This document shows positions 1-8,623 of a stretch of DNA of 64,000 nt, piece by piece; position 1 is the first letter of the stretch, and each line of letters begins with the position of its first letter. A program made the position numbers and the translations under genes. The stretch comes from Solirubrobacterales bacterium (lineage in GTDB: Bacteria > Actinomycetota > Thermoleophilia > Solirubrobacterales > 70-9). The stretch covers positions 37,280-101,279 of the forward strand of contig DASVFR010000037.1 in the NCBI GenBank assembly GCA_036379955.1. Reading direction: 5' to 3'. The notes beneath the pieces were generated by a model. That model did not search any database and was not told where the DNA came from. It saw only the letters and a list, made by a program, of their open reading frames with translations.

Positions 1-2
1 GC

Positions 3-1199
3 GTCGGCATCGCCTTCGCCCTCGGCGCCCTGTTCGCGATCTGGCTCGGCGGTAGGGCGGAGTGGCGCCGCGTCTGGATCGTCCTCGTTCCCGGCGCCCT
101 CTACGTCGCCTGGTTCCTCTGGGCGCGCAAGTTCGGCCAGTCGGAGGTGACCGCGGAGGCGCTGAGCAGCCTCTTCAGCGGAATGGCCGATCAGCTGGCC
201 GCCCTCTGCGCCGCGATCACCGGCCTCTTCCGCGTCCCCGGCAGCGCCGGGGTGCCGGAACTGATCGAAATCAGGCCGGCCTGGGGGTACCCGCTAGCGG
301 TCGTCCTCGCCGGGCTCGTCGCTCTGCACGTGCGCCGCGCTCCCCGCTCGATCCGCTTCTGGACCGTCGCCGGCACGCTCGTCGTCTACACCGCCCTGGT
401 CGCCGCCGGCCTGAGTCCCGCTCGGGCGCCGAACGCGAGCCGCTACGTCTACATGGGCGGGGTCCTCGCCCTGCTGCTCGTCGCCGAGCTGGGACGCGAC
501 GTCCGCTGGTCGACCGCGGTCAGCCTCGTGGCCGCGGTCCTCTTCGGCCTCTCGCTGACGGCCAACGTCGCCGAGCTGCGCGTCGGCGGCCACCTCTTCG
601 GTGCCGAGGGCGAGACCAACCGGGCGACCCTGGCCGCGCTGGAGCTGGCTCGCGACCGGGTCGACCCCAACCTCGCGGTCGAGGACTCCTCGACGACCCA
701 CTCGCATCCCGACATGCTCTTCCCGGCATGGGCCTACTTCGACGCGGCCGCAGACTTCGGCTCGCCTGCGTTCGACGAAGCCGAACTCGCGGCGAGCGGG
801 GAGCAGGCGCGCGAAGCGGCCGACCAGGAGCTGGTCCGCGCGCTGGGAATCGAAGCGGCCCCGGCCGGCGCCCCGCGCGTCGATCGCGCGGGACAGGCGC
901 CGACGGTCAGCGGCGAAGCGGGCGGCCGGGCGCTGACCCGTGGGCCCTGCGTGGCGCTCCTCCCCGAAGCGGGCCGGACCGCAACCTTCACGCTTGAGCT
1001 GCCGCCGGGGGGGCTGAGCTACCGCACGGCCCCCGGCAACACGGTGGAAGCGAAGCTCGGGCGGTTCGCGGACAGCCCGGTCGTCGAACTGCCGCCGGTT
1101 GCTGGCTCGGCCGAAGTCGCCATCCCCGGCGATCGCTCCCCCGTTCGGTGGACCGCCGAGCTGACCACGGCCAGGAGGGTTCTTGCCTGCTCCCGCTGA
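3..1199 (+). CDS. polytopic membrane protein, 5' end outside the window
   Basis: The frame of tracked ORF 147..1199 stays open back to base 3 (VGIAFALGALFAIWLGG...). Several hydrophobic helices are followed by a soluble C-terminal part. No family recognised. Confidence 0.55.
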   Translation, partial: VGIAFALGALFAIWLGGRAEWRRVWIVLVPGALYVAWFLWARKFGQSEVTAEALSSLFSGMADQLAALCAAITGLFRVPGSAGVPELIEIRPAWGYPLAVVLAGLVALHVRRAPRSIRFWTVAGTLVVYTALVAAGLSPARAPNASRYVYMGGVLALLLVAELGRDVRWSTAVSLVAAVLFGLSLTANVAELRVGGHLFGAEGETNRATLAALELARDRVDPNLAVEDSSTTHSHPDMLFPAWAYFDAAADFGSPAFDEAELAASGEQAREAADQELVRALGIEAAPAGAPRVDRAGQAPTVSGEAGGRALTRGPCVALLPEAGRTATFTLELPPGGLSYRTAPGNTVEAKLGRFADSPVVELPPVAGSAEVAIPGDRSPVRWTAELTTARRVLACSR

Positions 1200-3150
1200 G
1201 CAGACTGCCCGCCCCGCACCCGAATCCGCTCCCTCCACCCACAGGCGCGGGATCGACGCGGCCCTGTTCAAGGCCGTCCTGCTCTCCTCACCGCTCTGGG
1301 GCGCGGCGATCGCGATCGCCACCTGGCCGATCGGGACGATCGAGCCCACTCCCGGTCTCGACCAGTCCTGGGTGGCCGGTCTTTACATGGAGGCGGCGCG
1401 GGGCATGCAGGCGGGCACCGAGGTCGTCTTCACCTACGGTCCGCTGGGCTTCCTCGGGCTGCCCAACCTCTACGACGTCTGGCTCGGTCGCATCGCCTTC
1501 CTCTGGTCCTTCCTGATCCAGGTGGCGCTCTGCGGCTCGCTGATCTGGGCGGCTCGCCGCGCGTTCGGGTTCCCGCTCGCGGTTCTCGTCGTCCTGCTGG
1601 TGACCTCGGTGGCGACCGCCGACCCGCTGCTGCTGGCGGCGACGGTGGCCTGCGCCGCGGCGCTCTTCGGCGAGTGGAGCCCGAGGCGGCGGGCCTGGTT
1701 CGCGATCGGCATCGGCGCGCTAGCGGGGATCGAGCTGCTCGGGTCGTTGCGCGACGGGCCGACCCTGGCGATCATGGGCCTCGCCACCTGCCTCACCTTC
1801 TCCGACCGCCGCCGCGCGGTCCCCGGGTTTCTCCTCGCCACGGCAGCGAGCTTCGGCCTGTTCTGGTTGGTGACCGGCCAGGCCGTCTCGGACCTCGGTC
1901 AGTACATGGTCAACACCGCGAGCGTGGTCAGCGGCTACTCCACCTCGATGGTGGTCTTCGGTCCCGGCCCGTGGTGGGAGAGGCCCGCCGTCGTCGTCGG
2001 GATCGTCACGGTCGCGGTCGTCTGCCTGGCGGCCGTCCGCGGGCGCGACCGCGCCCGCCAGGTCGGCTGCGTCGTGACCGTTGCCGCGGTCACGTTCCTG
2101 ATGTACAAGCACGCAATCGTCCGCGAAGCTCCGGATCGCATCGAGCCCTTCGTAGCGGCGTCGCTGGCAATCTGCCTCGCCCTCTCTCCATACGTGCGCC
2201 GGTTGATCTCGGTCCCCGCCGTCTTGGTCTTGCTCACCTTCCTCTACATCGCCGCCAGCGAGCATCTCGACTCGACCCTCGCCTACGAAACGCGTGCCAG
2301 GACCTTTCGCACCCAGCTGGAAACGATGGCGATCCCGGGCCGGGCCGAGGCCCTGCAGCGCCAGGGGCGCGAATGGCTGATCAGCGAATACGACCTCGGC
2401 CCGCGCGAACTGGCGCTCGTACGCGGCCGGACCGTTCACGTCGCGCCCTGGGAGGCCAACGTCGCCTGGGCGTATGGCCTTGACTGGGACCCGCTTCCCG
2501 TCTTCCAGCAGTACTCCGCGTATACCGGCAGGCTCGACCGGCTGAACGCGGCCAAGCTCGAATCCCCCTCGGCGCCCGAGACGATTCTCTGGCAGAACAC
2601 CGCTCCCGAGGGGCTTGCCAACCACCCGGGGGCGATAGACAATCGCTGGCCGGCCTTCGAGTCGCCGGCTCAGATGGTCGCGATGTTCTGCCGCTACCGG
2701 GCCCTGAGCTGGAACGCTCGCTGGGCCGTCCTGCGCCGAGGGCCGAACCGCTGCGGCCCAGAGCGCCCGCTCGAGACCGTGACGACCGGCAACGCCGAGG
2801 CGGTGCGGCTGCCCCCGACCGGGCGGGACGAGGCGCTGCTGGTCCGCGTCGATGGCCTCGGCATCACCGGAGTCGAACGGCTGCGCAACCTGCTCTTCAG
2901 GGCGGCCCGGCGCAGCGTCGTCCTCGACGGGGCTGGCTGGAGCCTGGTCGGGGAAACGGCGGCTGACGGCCTGCTCCTGCGGGCCCCGAGATGGGCCGAC
3001 TACCCGGAACCGTTCCGGCTGGGAAGGGTAAGACGCGAAGTCACCTTCGTCCGCGAACCGGGCCGCCTCACTGGCGTGACCGACTCGACCAAGCTCACGC
3101 TGCATTTCTACGCGCTGCCGTTGCGCGCCCCGGCGACTCTCGCGCGATAG
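1183..3150 (+). CDS. large integral membrane protein, unknown function (start uncertain, TTG at 1183)
   Basis: 655-aa ORF with many hydrophobic segments (LLSSPLWGAAIAIATWPIG, VFTYGPLGFLG) and a soluble C-terminal third. It overlaps the stop of the upstream gene. Confidence 0.55.
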   Translation: MPAPAEQTARPAPESAPSTHRRGIDAALFKAVLLSSPLWGAAIAIATWPIGTIEPTPGLDQSWVAGLYMEAARGMQAGTEVVFTYGPLGFLGLPNLYDVWLGRIAFLWSFLIQVALCGSLIWAARRAFGFPLAVLVVLLVTSVATADPLLLAATVACAAALFGEWSPRRRAWFAIGIGALAGIELLGSLRDGPTLAIMGLATCLTFSDRRRAVPGFLLATAASFGLFWLVTGQAVSDLGQYMVNTASVVSGYSTSMVVFGPGPWWERPAVVVGIVTVAVVCLAAVRGRDRARQVGCVVTVAAVTFLMYKHAIVREAPDRIEPFVAASLAICLALSPYVRRLISVPAVLVLLTFLYIAASEHLDSTLAYETRARTFRTQLETMAIPGRAEALQRQGREWLISEYDLGPRELALVRGRTVHVAPWEANVAWAYGLDWDPLPVFQQYSAYTGRLDRLNAAKLESPSAPETILWQNTAPEGLANHPGAIDNRWPAFESPAQMVAMFCRYRALSWNARWAVLRRGPNRCGPERPLETVTTGNAEAVRLPPTGRDEALLVRVDGLGITGVERLRNLLFRAARRSVVLDGAGWSLVGETAADGLLLRAPRWADYPEPFRLGRVRREVTFVREPGRLTGVTDSTKLTLHFYALPLRAPATLAR

Positions 3151-3174
3151 CGGCCGCGCACTATCCTGCGCTGC

Positions 3175-5229
3175 GTGGCGAAGGACACCGAGAAGCTGAT
3201 CCGCCAGCTCTCGCTGATCTCGTTCCTGATGGCACAGGGGAGGCCGGTTTCGGCGCTCGAGATCAAGCGCGAGGTGGAGGGCTACAGCGACATGAACGAC
3301 GACGCGTTCGCGCGCCGCTTCTACGCGGACCGTGCCGAGCTCGAGAGCCTCGGCATCCAGCTCGGAGTCGAGAAGCCTGGAGAGGGCTTCTTCGAGGCCG
3401 AGCTCTACTCGCTGCCGCCGGAGAACTTCTACCTCGACCCGATCGAGTTCACGCCCGAGGAGTTGGCGGCGCTGAGCACGGCGCTCTCGCTGCTCTCCGA
3501 AGGAGACTTCGCTTACGCCGAGCCGCTGCGGCTCGCCCTGCAGCAGGTCGCCTGGGGGCACCCCAACCCGCTTGAGGAGGGCGGCCGGGCGCCGGTCGAG
3601 ATGGCGATGACCGCCTCGGCCGGGGGGCGCGAGCTCTCGCAGCGCCTCTCCAAGATCGAGACCGCGATCTCGCGCCGCAAGACGATCGAGTTCACCTACT
3701 ACACGATGGAGCGCGACGAGACCGCGAAGCGCAAGGTCGACCCCTACCACCTGGTCTTCCGCGGCGGGCAGTTCTACCTGATCGGCCACGCGCACGAGCG
3801 CGACGCGGTGCGCGTCTTCCGCCTCTCGCGGATCCAGGGCAAGGTCGGCTACGCCTCGAAGGCCGAGCACGACTTCTCGCCGCCCGAGGACTTCGACCGC
3901 CGCGACTACGGCCAGCGCGCCGACTGGCAGCTGGGGGAGATCCGCGGCAAGGCGAAGGTCTTCGTGCGCGACCGGATCGCCTGGCTGGTCGAGCGCGACT
4001 ACGGCGCCTACGGCGAGCTGCGGCCGGCGAAGCGCTCCGACGGCGCACCGGGCAAAGGCTCGGTCTTCGAGACCGAGTACGCCTCGCCGCGCGAGCTGAT
4101 CGCCTGGGTGCTGCGCTGGCGCCAGAACGCTCAGGTGCTTGGCCCCGACGAGCTGCGCGCGGAGGCCGAGAGCCGCCTCGGCCTGCTCCACGATCGCCAT
4201 CGCAACGGCGGCTTCGAGCCCGCCGAAACTGTCGATCGGCCGCTGCGTGAGGCGCCGCGGCGGACGCGGTCCAACGGGCGCGGCGAGGCTGCGATCCGGC
4301 CCGAGCGCTTCGCCCGCCTCGTCACCCTCGCCGGCCTCCTCATCGACTCGGCCAAACGGGGCGAGCGCCTCGGCGTCGCCGACCTGCGCAACCGGCTGGA
4401 GCTCACCGGCGAGGAGCTGCAGGAGGACATCGACCTGCTCAACGTCGTCAACTTCGGCGGTGGCACCTACGTCCTCTACGCCGAAGTCGTCGGCGACGAG
4501 ATCGAGGTCGACTCCGAGCCCTACGGCGACAACTTCGCCCGCCCGGCGCGGCTGCTGCCGCTGGAGGCGAAGGCGCTGGTCGCCGCGATCGACCTCTTCG
4601 GCGACCACCTGCCGCAGGGAGGGCTGCAGAGCGCCCGCGGGAAGATCGTCGAGGCGCTCGGCCACGACCCCTCCGAGGAGGGGTTGGAGATCGCTTCGGC
4701 CAGCGGCGGCGACGCCGAGGTCGCGCGCATGGTCAACGAGGCGATCGGCGGCCGGCGGGTGCTCGAGATCCAGTACTACAAGGAGAACGAGGACCAGTTC
4801 ACCAAACGCGCGGTCGAGCCCTACCGGCTGGAGAACGGCAAAGAGGGCTGGTACGCGGAGTGCTACGACCTGACCAAAAGCGGCGTGCGTCACTTCAAGC
4901 TCGACCGGATCAAGGAGGCGACGCTCACCGAGGACGCCTACGAGCCCCGTCCCGAGGTCGAGGAGCTGGCCGGGGTCGAGGGTTGGATGACCCACGGCGA
5001 GGTGCCGACCGCCCACGTCGCCCGCGTCTGGGTCTCGCCCGAGCGGGCGCGCTGGCTGCGCGAGGAGCGCACCGTGGTCGAGGAGCTGGCCGACGGCGCC
5101 GTCGTCGTCGAGCTGCCCTACGCCGGCACTTCGTGGCTCGTGCGCGAGATCCTGCGCGGCGCCGGCGACCTCGTCGTGCTCGAGCCCGAGGACGCGCGCG
5201 CGGCGATCGCCAAAGAGGTCGGCGGCTGA
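3175..5229 (+). CDS. pafBC: fused PafB-PafC-like HTH-WYL transcriptional regulator
   Basis: Two tandem modules, each an N-terminal HTH plus a WYL-type core. The cores read RKTIEFTYYTMERDETAKRKVDPYHLVFRGGQFYLIGH and RRVLEIQYYKENEDQFTKRAVEPYRLENGKEGWYAECYD. GTG start lies 7 nt after a TATCCT -10-like hexamer. Confidence 0.7.
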   Translation: MAKDTEKLIRQLSLISFLMAQGRPVSALEIKREVEGYSDMNDDAFARRFYADRAELESLGIQLGVEKPGEGFFEAELYSLPPENFYLDPIEFTPEELAALSTALSLLSEGDFAYAEPLRLALQQVAWGHPNPLEEGGRAPVEMAMTASAGGRELSQRLSKIETAISRRKTIEFTYYTMERDETAKRKVDPYHLVFRGGQFYLIGHAHERDAVRVFRLSRIQGKVGYASKAEHDFSPPEDFDRRDYGQRADWQLGEIRGKAKVFVRDRIAWLVERDYGAYGELRPAKRSDGAPGKGSVFETEYASPRELIAWVLRWRQNAQVLGPDELRAEAESRLGLLHDRHRNGGFEPAETVDRPLREAPRRTRSNGRGEAAIRPERFARLVTLAGLLIDSAKRGERLGVADLRNRLELTGEELQEDIDLLNVVNFGGGTYVLYAEVVGDEIEVDSEPYGDNFARPARLLPLEAKALVAAIDLFGDHLPQGGLQSARGKIVEALGHDPSEEGLEIASASGGDAEVARMVNEAIGGRRVLEIQYYKENEDQFTKRAVEPYRLENGKEGWYAECYDLTKSGVRHFKLDRIKEATLTEDAYEPRPEVEELAGVEGWMTHGEVPTAHVARVWVSPERARWLREERTVVEELADGAVVVELPYAGTSWLVREILRGAGDLVVLEPEDARAAIAKEVGG

Positions 5230-5273
5230 GGTTCTGACGGGTTGATGACCCTATGGGGTCAAAAAGGCGTCAA

Positions 5274-5999
5274 ATGACCGCTCTAGCGCCGGGGCACCCC
5301 GAGATCGTCCGGATCGTCGCGCCCAACCCGGGGCCGATGACGCTGGCGGGGACGAACACCTACCTCTACGGGTCCGATCCGTGCGCGATCGTCGACCCCG
5401 GCCCCGACGTCGCCGCCCACCTCGACGCGGTGCGCGCGGCGGCGGAGGAGCGCGGCGGGATCGGCCTCGTCCTCCTCACCCACAACCACGGCGATCATGC
5501 CGACGGGGCAGGGGAGCTCGAGGCCGAGATCGTGCTGCCGGCCGACGGCGAGGAGCGCGCCGGCCTGCGGGCGCTCGCCACTCCCGGCCACGCCCCCGAG
5601 CACGTCTGTCTGCTGAGCGACGACGGCGTCTGCTTCAGCGGCGATCTCGTGCTCGGCGAGGGCTCGACCTTCGTCCCTCCCGACGGCGGCTCGCTCGCCG
5701 CCTACATGGACTCGCTGCGCCGGGTGCAGGCCGAGCCGGTCGAGCTGATCTGCCCCGGCCACGGCCCCTGGATCGAGGACCCCGCGGCGAAGCTGGCCGA
5801 GTACGTCGAGCATCGCGAGATGCGCGAGCGTCGCCTGCTCGCCGCCCTGCGGCGCGGCGAGCGCTCGCGCGAGGCGCTGCTCGCCGAGGCCTGGAGCGAC
5901 GTCCCCGTCGAGCTCCGCCCGGCCGCGGCCCTGGTGATGCAGGCCCACCTTGACAAGCTCGCCGCCGAAGGCCGCTTCGAAGCCGACATCTCACCCTGA
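5274..5999 (+). CDS. MBL-fold metallo-hydrolase
   Basis: HxHxDH motif (LLTHNHGDHADG) and NPGPMTLAGTNTYL near the N-terminus. The second ATG (5274) is preferred over the tracked 5253 start because 5253 sits inside a palindrome and has no RBS. Confidence 0.75.
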   Translation: MTALAPGHPEIVRIVAPNPGPMTLAGTNTYLYGSDPCAIVDPGPDVAAHLDAVRAAAEERGGIGLVLLTHNHGDHADGAGELEAEIVLPADGEERAGLRALATPGHAPEHVCLLSDDGVCFSGDLVLGEGSTFVPPDGGSLAAYMDSLRRVQAEPVELICPGHGPWIEDPAAKLAEYVEHREMRERRLLAALRRGERSREALLAEAWSDVPVELRPAAALVMQAHLDKLAAEGRFEADISP

Positions 6000-6006
6000 T
6001 CCGCTT

Positions 6007-6049
6007 CCGGTGCGCTTTATGTGGTCATCGACCACATAAAGCGCACCGG
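6007..6049. repeat. perfect 20-bp-arm palindrome (CCGGTGCGCTTTATGTGGTC atc GACCACATAAAGCGCACCGG)
   Basis: Read directly. It lies 8 nt after the MBL hydrolase stop and 4 nt before the acylase ATG. Candidate terminator or operator. Confidence 0.9.
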
Positions 6050-6053
6050 AACG

Positions 6054-8477
6054 ATGAGGTTGGGTTGGCTGGTTGGCCAGTACCCTTGGCCGATGGCGGG
6101 CAGACGAGCGGCGCGGACGGGACTGACGATCGGTCTGGCGAGCACTGGGCTTGCGGCCGTGACCACGGCTGCCGCCTGGCACTGGCTCGCCCGCCGGCCG
6201 CTGCCCAAGCAGAAGGGGACGATCGCGCTCGACGGTCTTGAGGGGCCGGTCCGGGTGCGGCGCGACCGCTGGAACGTGCCGCACGTCGAAGCGCAGGGTG
6301 CCGCCGACCTTTGGTTCGCCGAGGGGTTCTGCCATGCCCAGGAAAGGCTGTTCCAGATGGACTTCTACCGGCGCGTCGTCAGCGGGCGGGTGTCGGAGCT
6401 CGCCGGCCCCGAGGGGCTGCCGATCGACCGGCTGATGCGCACGCTCGGCATCCGCCGCACGGCCGAGCGCGAGGCGGCGACGCTCGACCCCGAGCTGCTC
6501 GCCCTGCTCAACCGCTTCTGCGAGGGCGTCAACGCGGCGGCGGCCGGCGCCAAGGCGCTGCCCTTCGAGATGCAGCTGCTGCGCCTCGCCTGGAAGCCGT
6601 GGCGCCCGGTCGACATCCTCAGCCTCGGCAAGCTGCTCGCCTTCGGCCTCTCGACCAACTGGGAGCGGGAGCTGCTGCGCGCCGACATGATCCGCGCCCT
6701 CGGGCCGGAGCTGGCGGCCAAGCTTGACAACCCATACCCCGCGGGCAACCCCGTCGTCACCCAGGAAGCCTGGTCGGGCGAAGGCCTGCCGATCGTCGAG
6801 CAGATCGACGCCGTGCGCCGCTCGATCGGCCTTGCCGCCGAGGCGAGCGGGTCGAACAACTGGGCGGTCTCGGGCAAGCTCAGCGCCAGCGGCTCGCCGC
6901 TGATCGCCGGCGACCCCCACCTGCCGCCGAGCATGCCGGGGATCTGGTTTCAGATCGGGCTGACGCTCGGCGACCGCTTCGTGCGAGGCGCCTCGCTGCC
7001 CGGCTTGCCGGGTGTCTTCATGGGCCAGAACAACGACGTCTGCTGGACCTTCACCAACGTGATGGCAGACGTCCAGGACCTCTTCGTCGAGCGGGTCGAT
7101 GGCGACCGCTATCTCTTCGAAGGCGAGTGGCGCCCGCTCGAGATCGTGCGCGAGGAGATCGCGGTCAAGGGCCGCGAGGAGCCCGAGGTGCTCGACGTGC
7201 GGATCACCCACCACGGCCCGCTGGTCAACGCGGCTCTCGGCGCCGACGAATCGGAGCCGCTCGCCCTGCGCTGGCAGACCCTCGACCAGCCGACTGCCTT
7301 CAAGGGAATGTTCGAGCTGCACGAGATCGCCTCCGGCCCGGAGCTGGTTGCCAAGCTCGCCGACCACAGCTCGCCCGCGTCCAACCTGATCTGGGCCGAC
7401 CGCCACGGCTCGATCGGCTACAAGCTGATCGGCCGCCTGCCGCTGCGCAGGGGCGGCTGCCCGGACCTGCCCAAGCCGGGATGGACGGGGGAGTTCGAGT
7501 GGGAGGGAACGGTCCCCTACGAGGAGCTGCCGGAAAAGGTCGACCCCGAGAGCGGCTTCCTCGTCACCGCCAACAACCGCATCGTCGGCGACGACTATCC
7601 CCACCACATCACCAGCGAGTGGTTGGACGGCTTCCGCGCGGCGCGGATCGAGCAGCTGCTGCGAGCCAGCGACGAGCACACGATCGAGGGCTTCGAGGCG
7701 ATGCAGTCCGACAACCTCTCGCTGCCGGGGATCGAGGCGGCGCGGCGGCTGGGCCGGCTGCAGCCGGTGGGCCAACGCGAGACGAGCGCGATCGAGCGCC
7801 TGCGCAGCTGGGACGGCCGGCTCGACCCCGATTCGATCGCCGGCACGATCTACCAGGCCTTCCTGCTGCGCCTGGCGCGGGAGGTGGCGCGCGCCGCGAT
7901 CGGCGATCGTGATCTCTGCGAGCGCTGGCTCGACCGCGCCGACAACGGCTTCACCCCGCACGTCACCTCGCCCTGGCGCTGGCACTCGCACCTGATGGAC
8001 CTCTGGGAGTCCGAAGACGAGGAGCTGATCGGCCGCCCCTGGGAGGGGCTGGTGCTGGAGGCGCTGAGCGGCGCCCTCGACGATCTCGAGGAGCGCTTCG
8101 GGCCCGACCCCCAGGCCTGGCGCTGGGGCCACGTGCACGAGATGGAGTTCCCGCATCCGCTCGGCGAGGCGAACCCGCTGCTGCGCAAGCTGCTCAACCG
8201 CAGACTCAGGGCCGGCGGCGCCCAGGAGACCGTGAGTCAGATCGCCTACGACCCCAACGACCCCTACAAGGCGGTCTGGGCGCCGAGCTGGCGCATGGTC
8301 GCCGACCCGACCGCGCCCGAGCGCTCGCGCTGGCAGATGTTCACCGGCCAGTCCGGGCACCCGGCCAGCCGTCACTACGACGACCTGCAGGCCGACTGGT
8401 TGGAGGGGCGGACGCAGCCGATGGCGGGTGAGGGGCCTTGGCGCGAGTTGGACCTCGTGCCTGGGGCGGGTTCGTAA
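6054..8477 (+). CDS. penicillin acylase family Ntn-hydrolase (acyl-HSL/penicillin amidase-like)
   Basis: GSNNWAVSG...GDPHL processing-site/nucleophile region, FCHAQERLFQMD, and a length typical of the family. ATG 6054 is preferred to GTG 6021, which lies inside the hairpin. Confidence 0.8.
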   Translation: MRLGWLVGQYPWPMAGRRAARTGLTIGLASTGLAAVTTAAAWHWLARRPLPKQKGTIALDGLEGPVRVRRDRWNVPHVEAQGAADLWFAEGFCHAQERLFQMDFYRRVVSGRVSELAGPEGLPIDRLMRTLGIRRTAEREAATLDPELLALLNRFCEGVNAAAAGAKALPFEMQLLRLAWKPWRPVDILSLGKLLAFGLSTNWERELLRADMIRALGPELAAKLDNPYPAGNPVVTQEAWSGEGLPIVEQIDAVRRSIGLAAEASGSNNWAVSGKLSASGSPLIAGDPHLPPSMPGIWFQIGLTLGDRFVRGASLPGLPGVFMGQNNDVCWTFTNVMADVQDLFVERVDGDRYLFEGEWRPLEIVREEIAVKGREEPEVLDVRITHHGPLVNAALGADESEPLALRWQTLDQPTAFKGMFELHEIASGPELVAKLADHSSPASNLIWADRHGSIGYKLIGRLPLRRGGCPDLPKPGWTGEFEWEGTVPYEELPEKVDPESGFLVTANNRIVGDDYPHHITSEWLDGFRAARIEQLLRASDEHTIEGFEAMQSDNLSLPGIEAARRLGRLQPVGQRETSAIERLRSWDGRLDPDSIAGTIYQAFLLRLAREVARAAIGDRDLCERWLDRADNGFTPHVTSPWRWHSHLMDLWESEDEELIGRPWEGLVLEALSGALDDLEERFGPDPQAWRWGHVHEMEFPHPLGEANPLLRKLLNRRLRAGGAQETVSQIAYDPNDPYKAVWAPSWRMVADPTAPERSRWQMFTGQSGHPASRHYDDLQADWLEGRTQPMAGEGPWRELDLVPGAGS

Positions 8478-8478
8478 G

Positions 8479-8592
8479 GGACCTGCTGGGGTGGGGCCCT
8501 CCACTTGCGCCTTTTCTGTGGAGAGGAGCCGGCTGGCGCCTCTAGCTCACCGGAAAAGGCTAAAACGTTCCGGACCCCACCCCAGCAGGTCC
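8479..8592. repeat. 114-bp palindromic element with perfect 18-bp terminal inverted repeats
   Basis: GGACCTGCTGGGGTGGGG at 8479-8496 is the exact reverse complement of 8575-8592. Nested inner stems CTCCAC/GTGGAG and GCCTTTTC/GAAAAGGC. Confidence 0.85.
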
Positions 8593-8623
8593 TCACGGAA
8601 CGTCTCATGCACTCGGTTTTAGC

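Noticed and set aside
1720-5016. 1098-aa minus-strand ORF spanning the membrane-protein and pafBC genes
   Set aside because: It is an Arg/Gly/Asp/Pro/Ala-rich low-complexity translation with no motifs. It lies fully antisense to two ORFs with coherent membrane or HTH-WYL features. This is a typical high-G+C shadow ORF.
5991-8504. 837-aa minus-strand ORF opposite the acylase gene
   Set aside because: The plus strand carries clear penicillin-acylase motifs. The minus-strand product is a featureless Arg/Pro/Ala-rich sequence.
8479-8592. c-di-AMP (ydaO-type) or other riboswitch upstream of the cell-wall-hydrolase-like gene
   Set aside because: I could not recognise the conserved ydaO core motifs. 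The perfectly complementary 18-bp ends look like a recent palindromic repeat rather than a conserved aptamer. An Rfam scan is needed.
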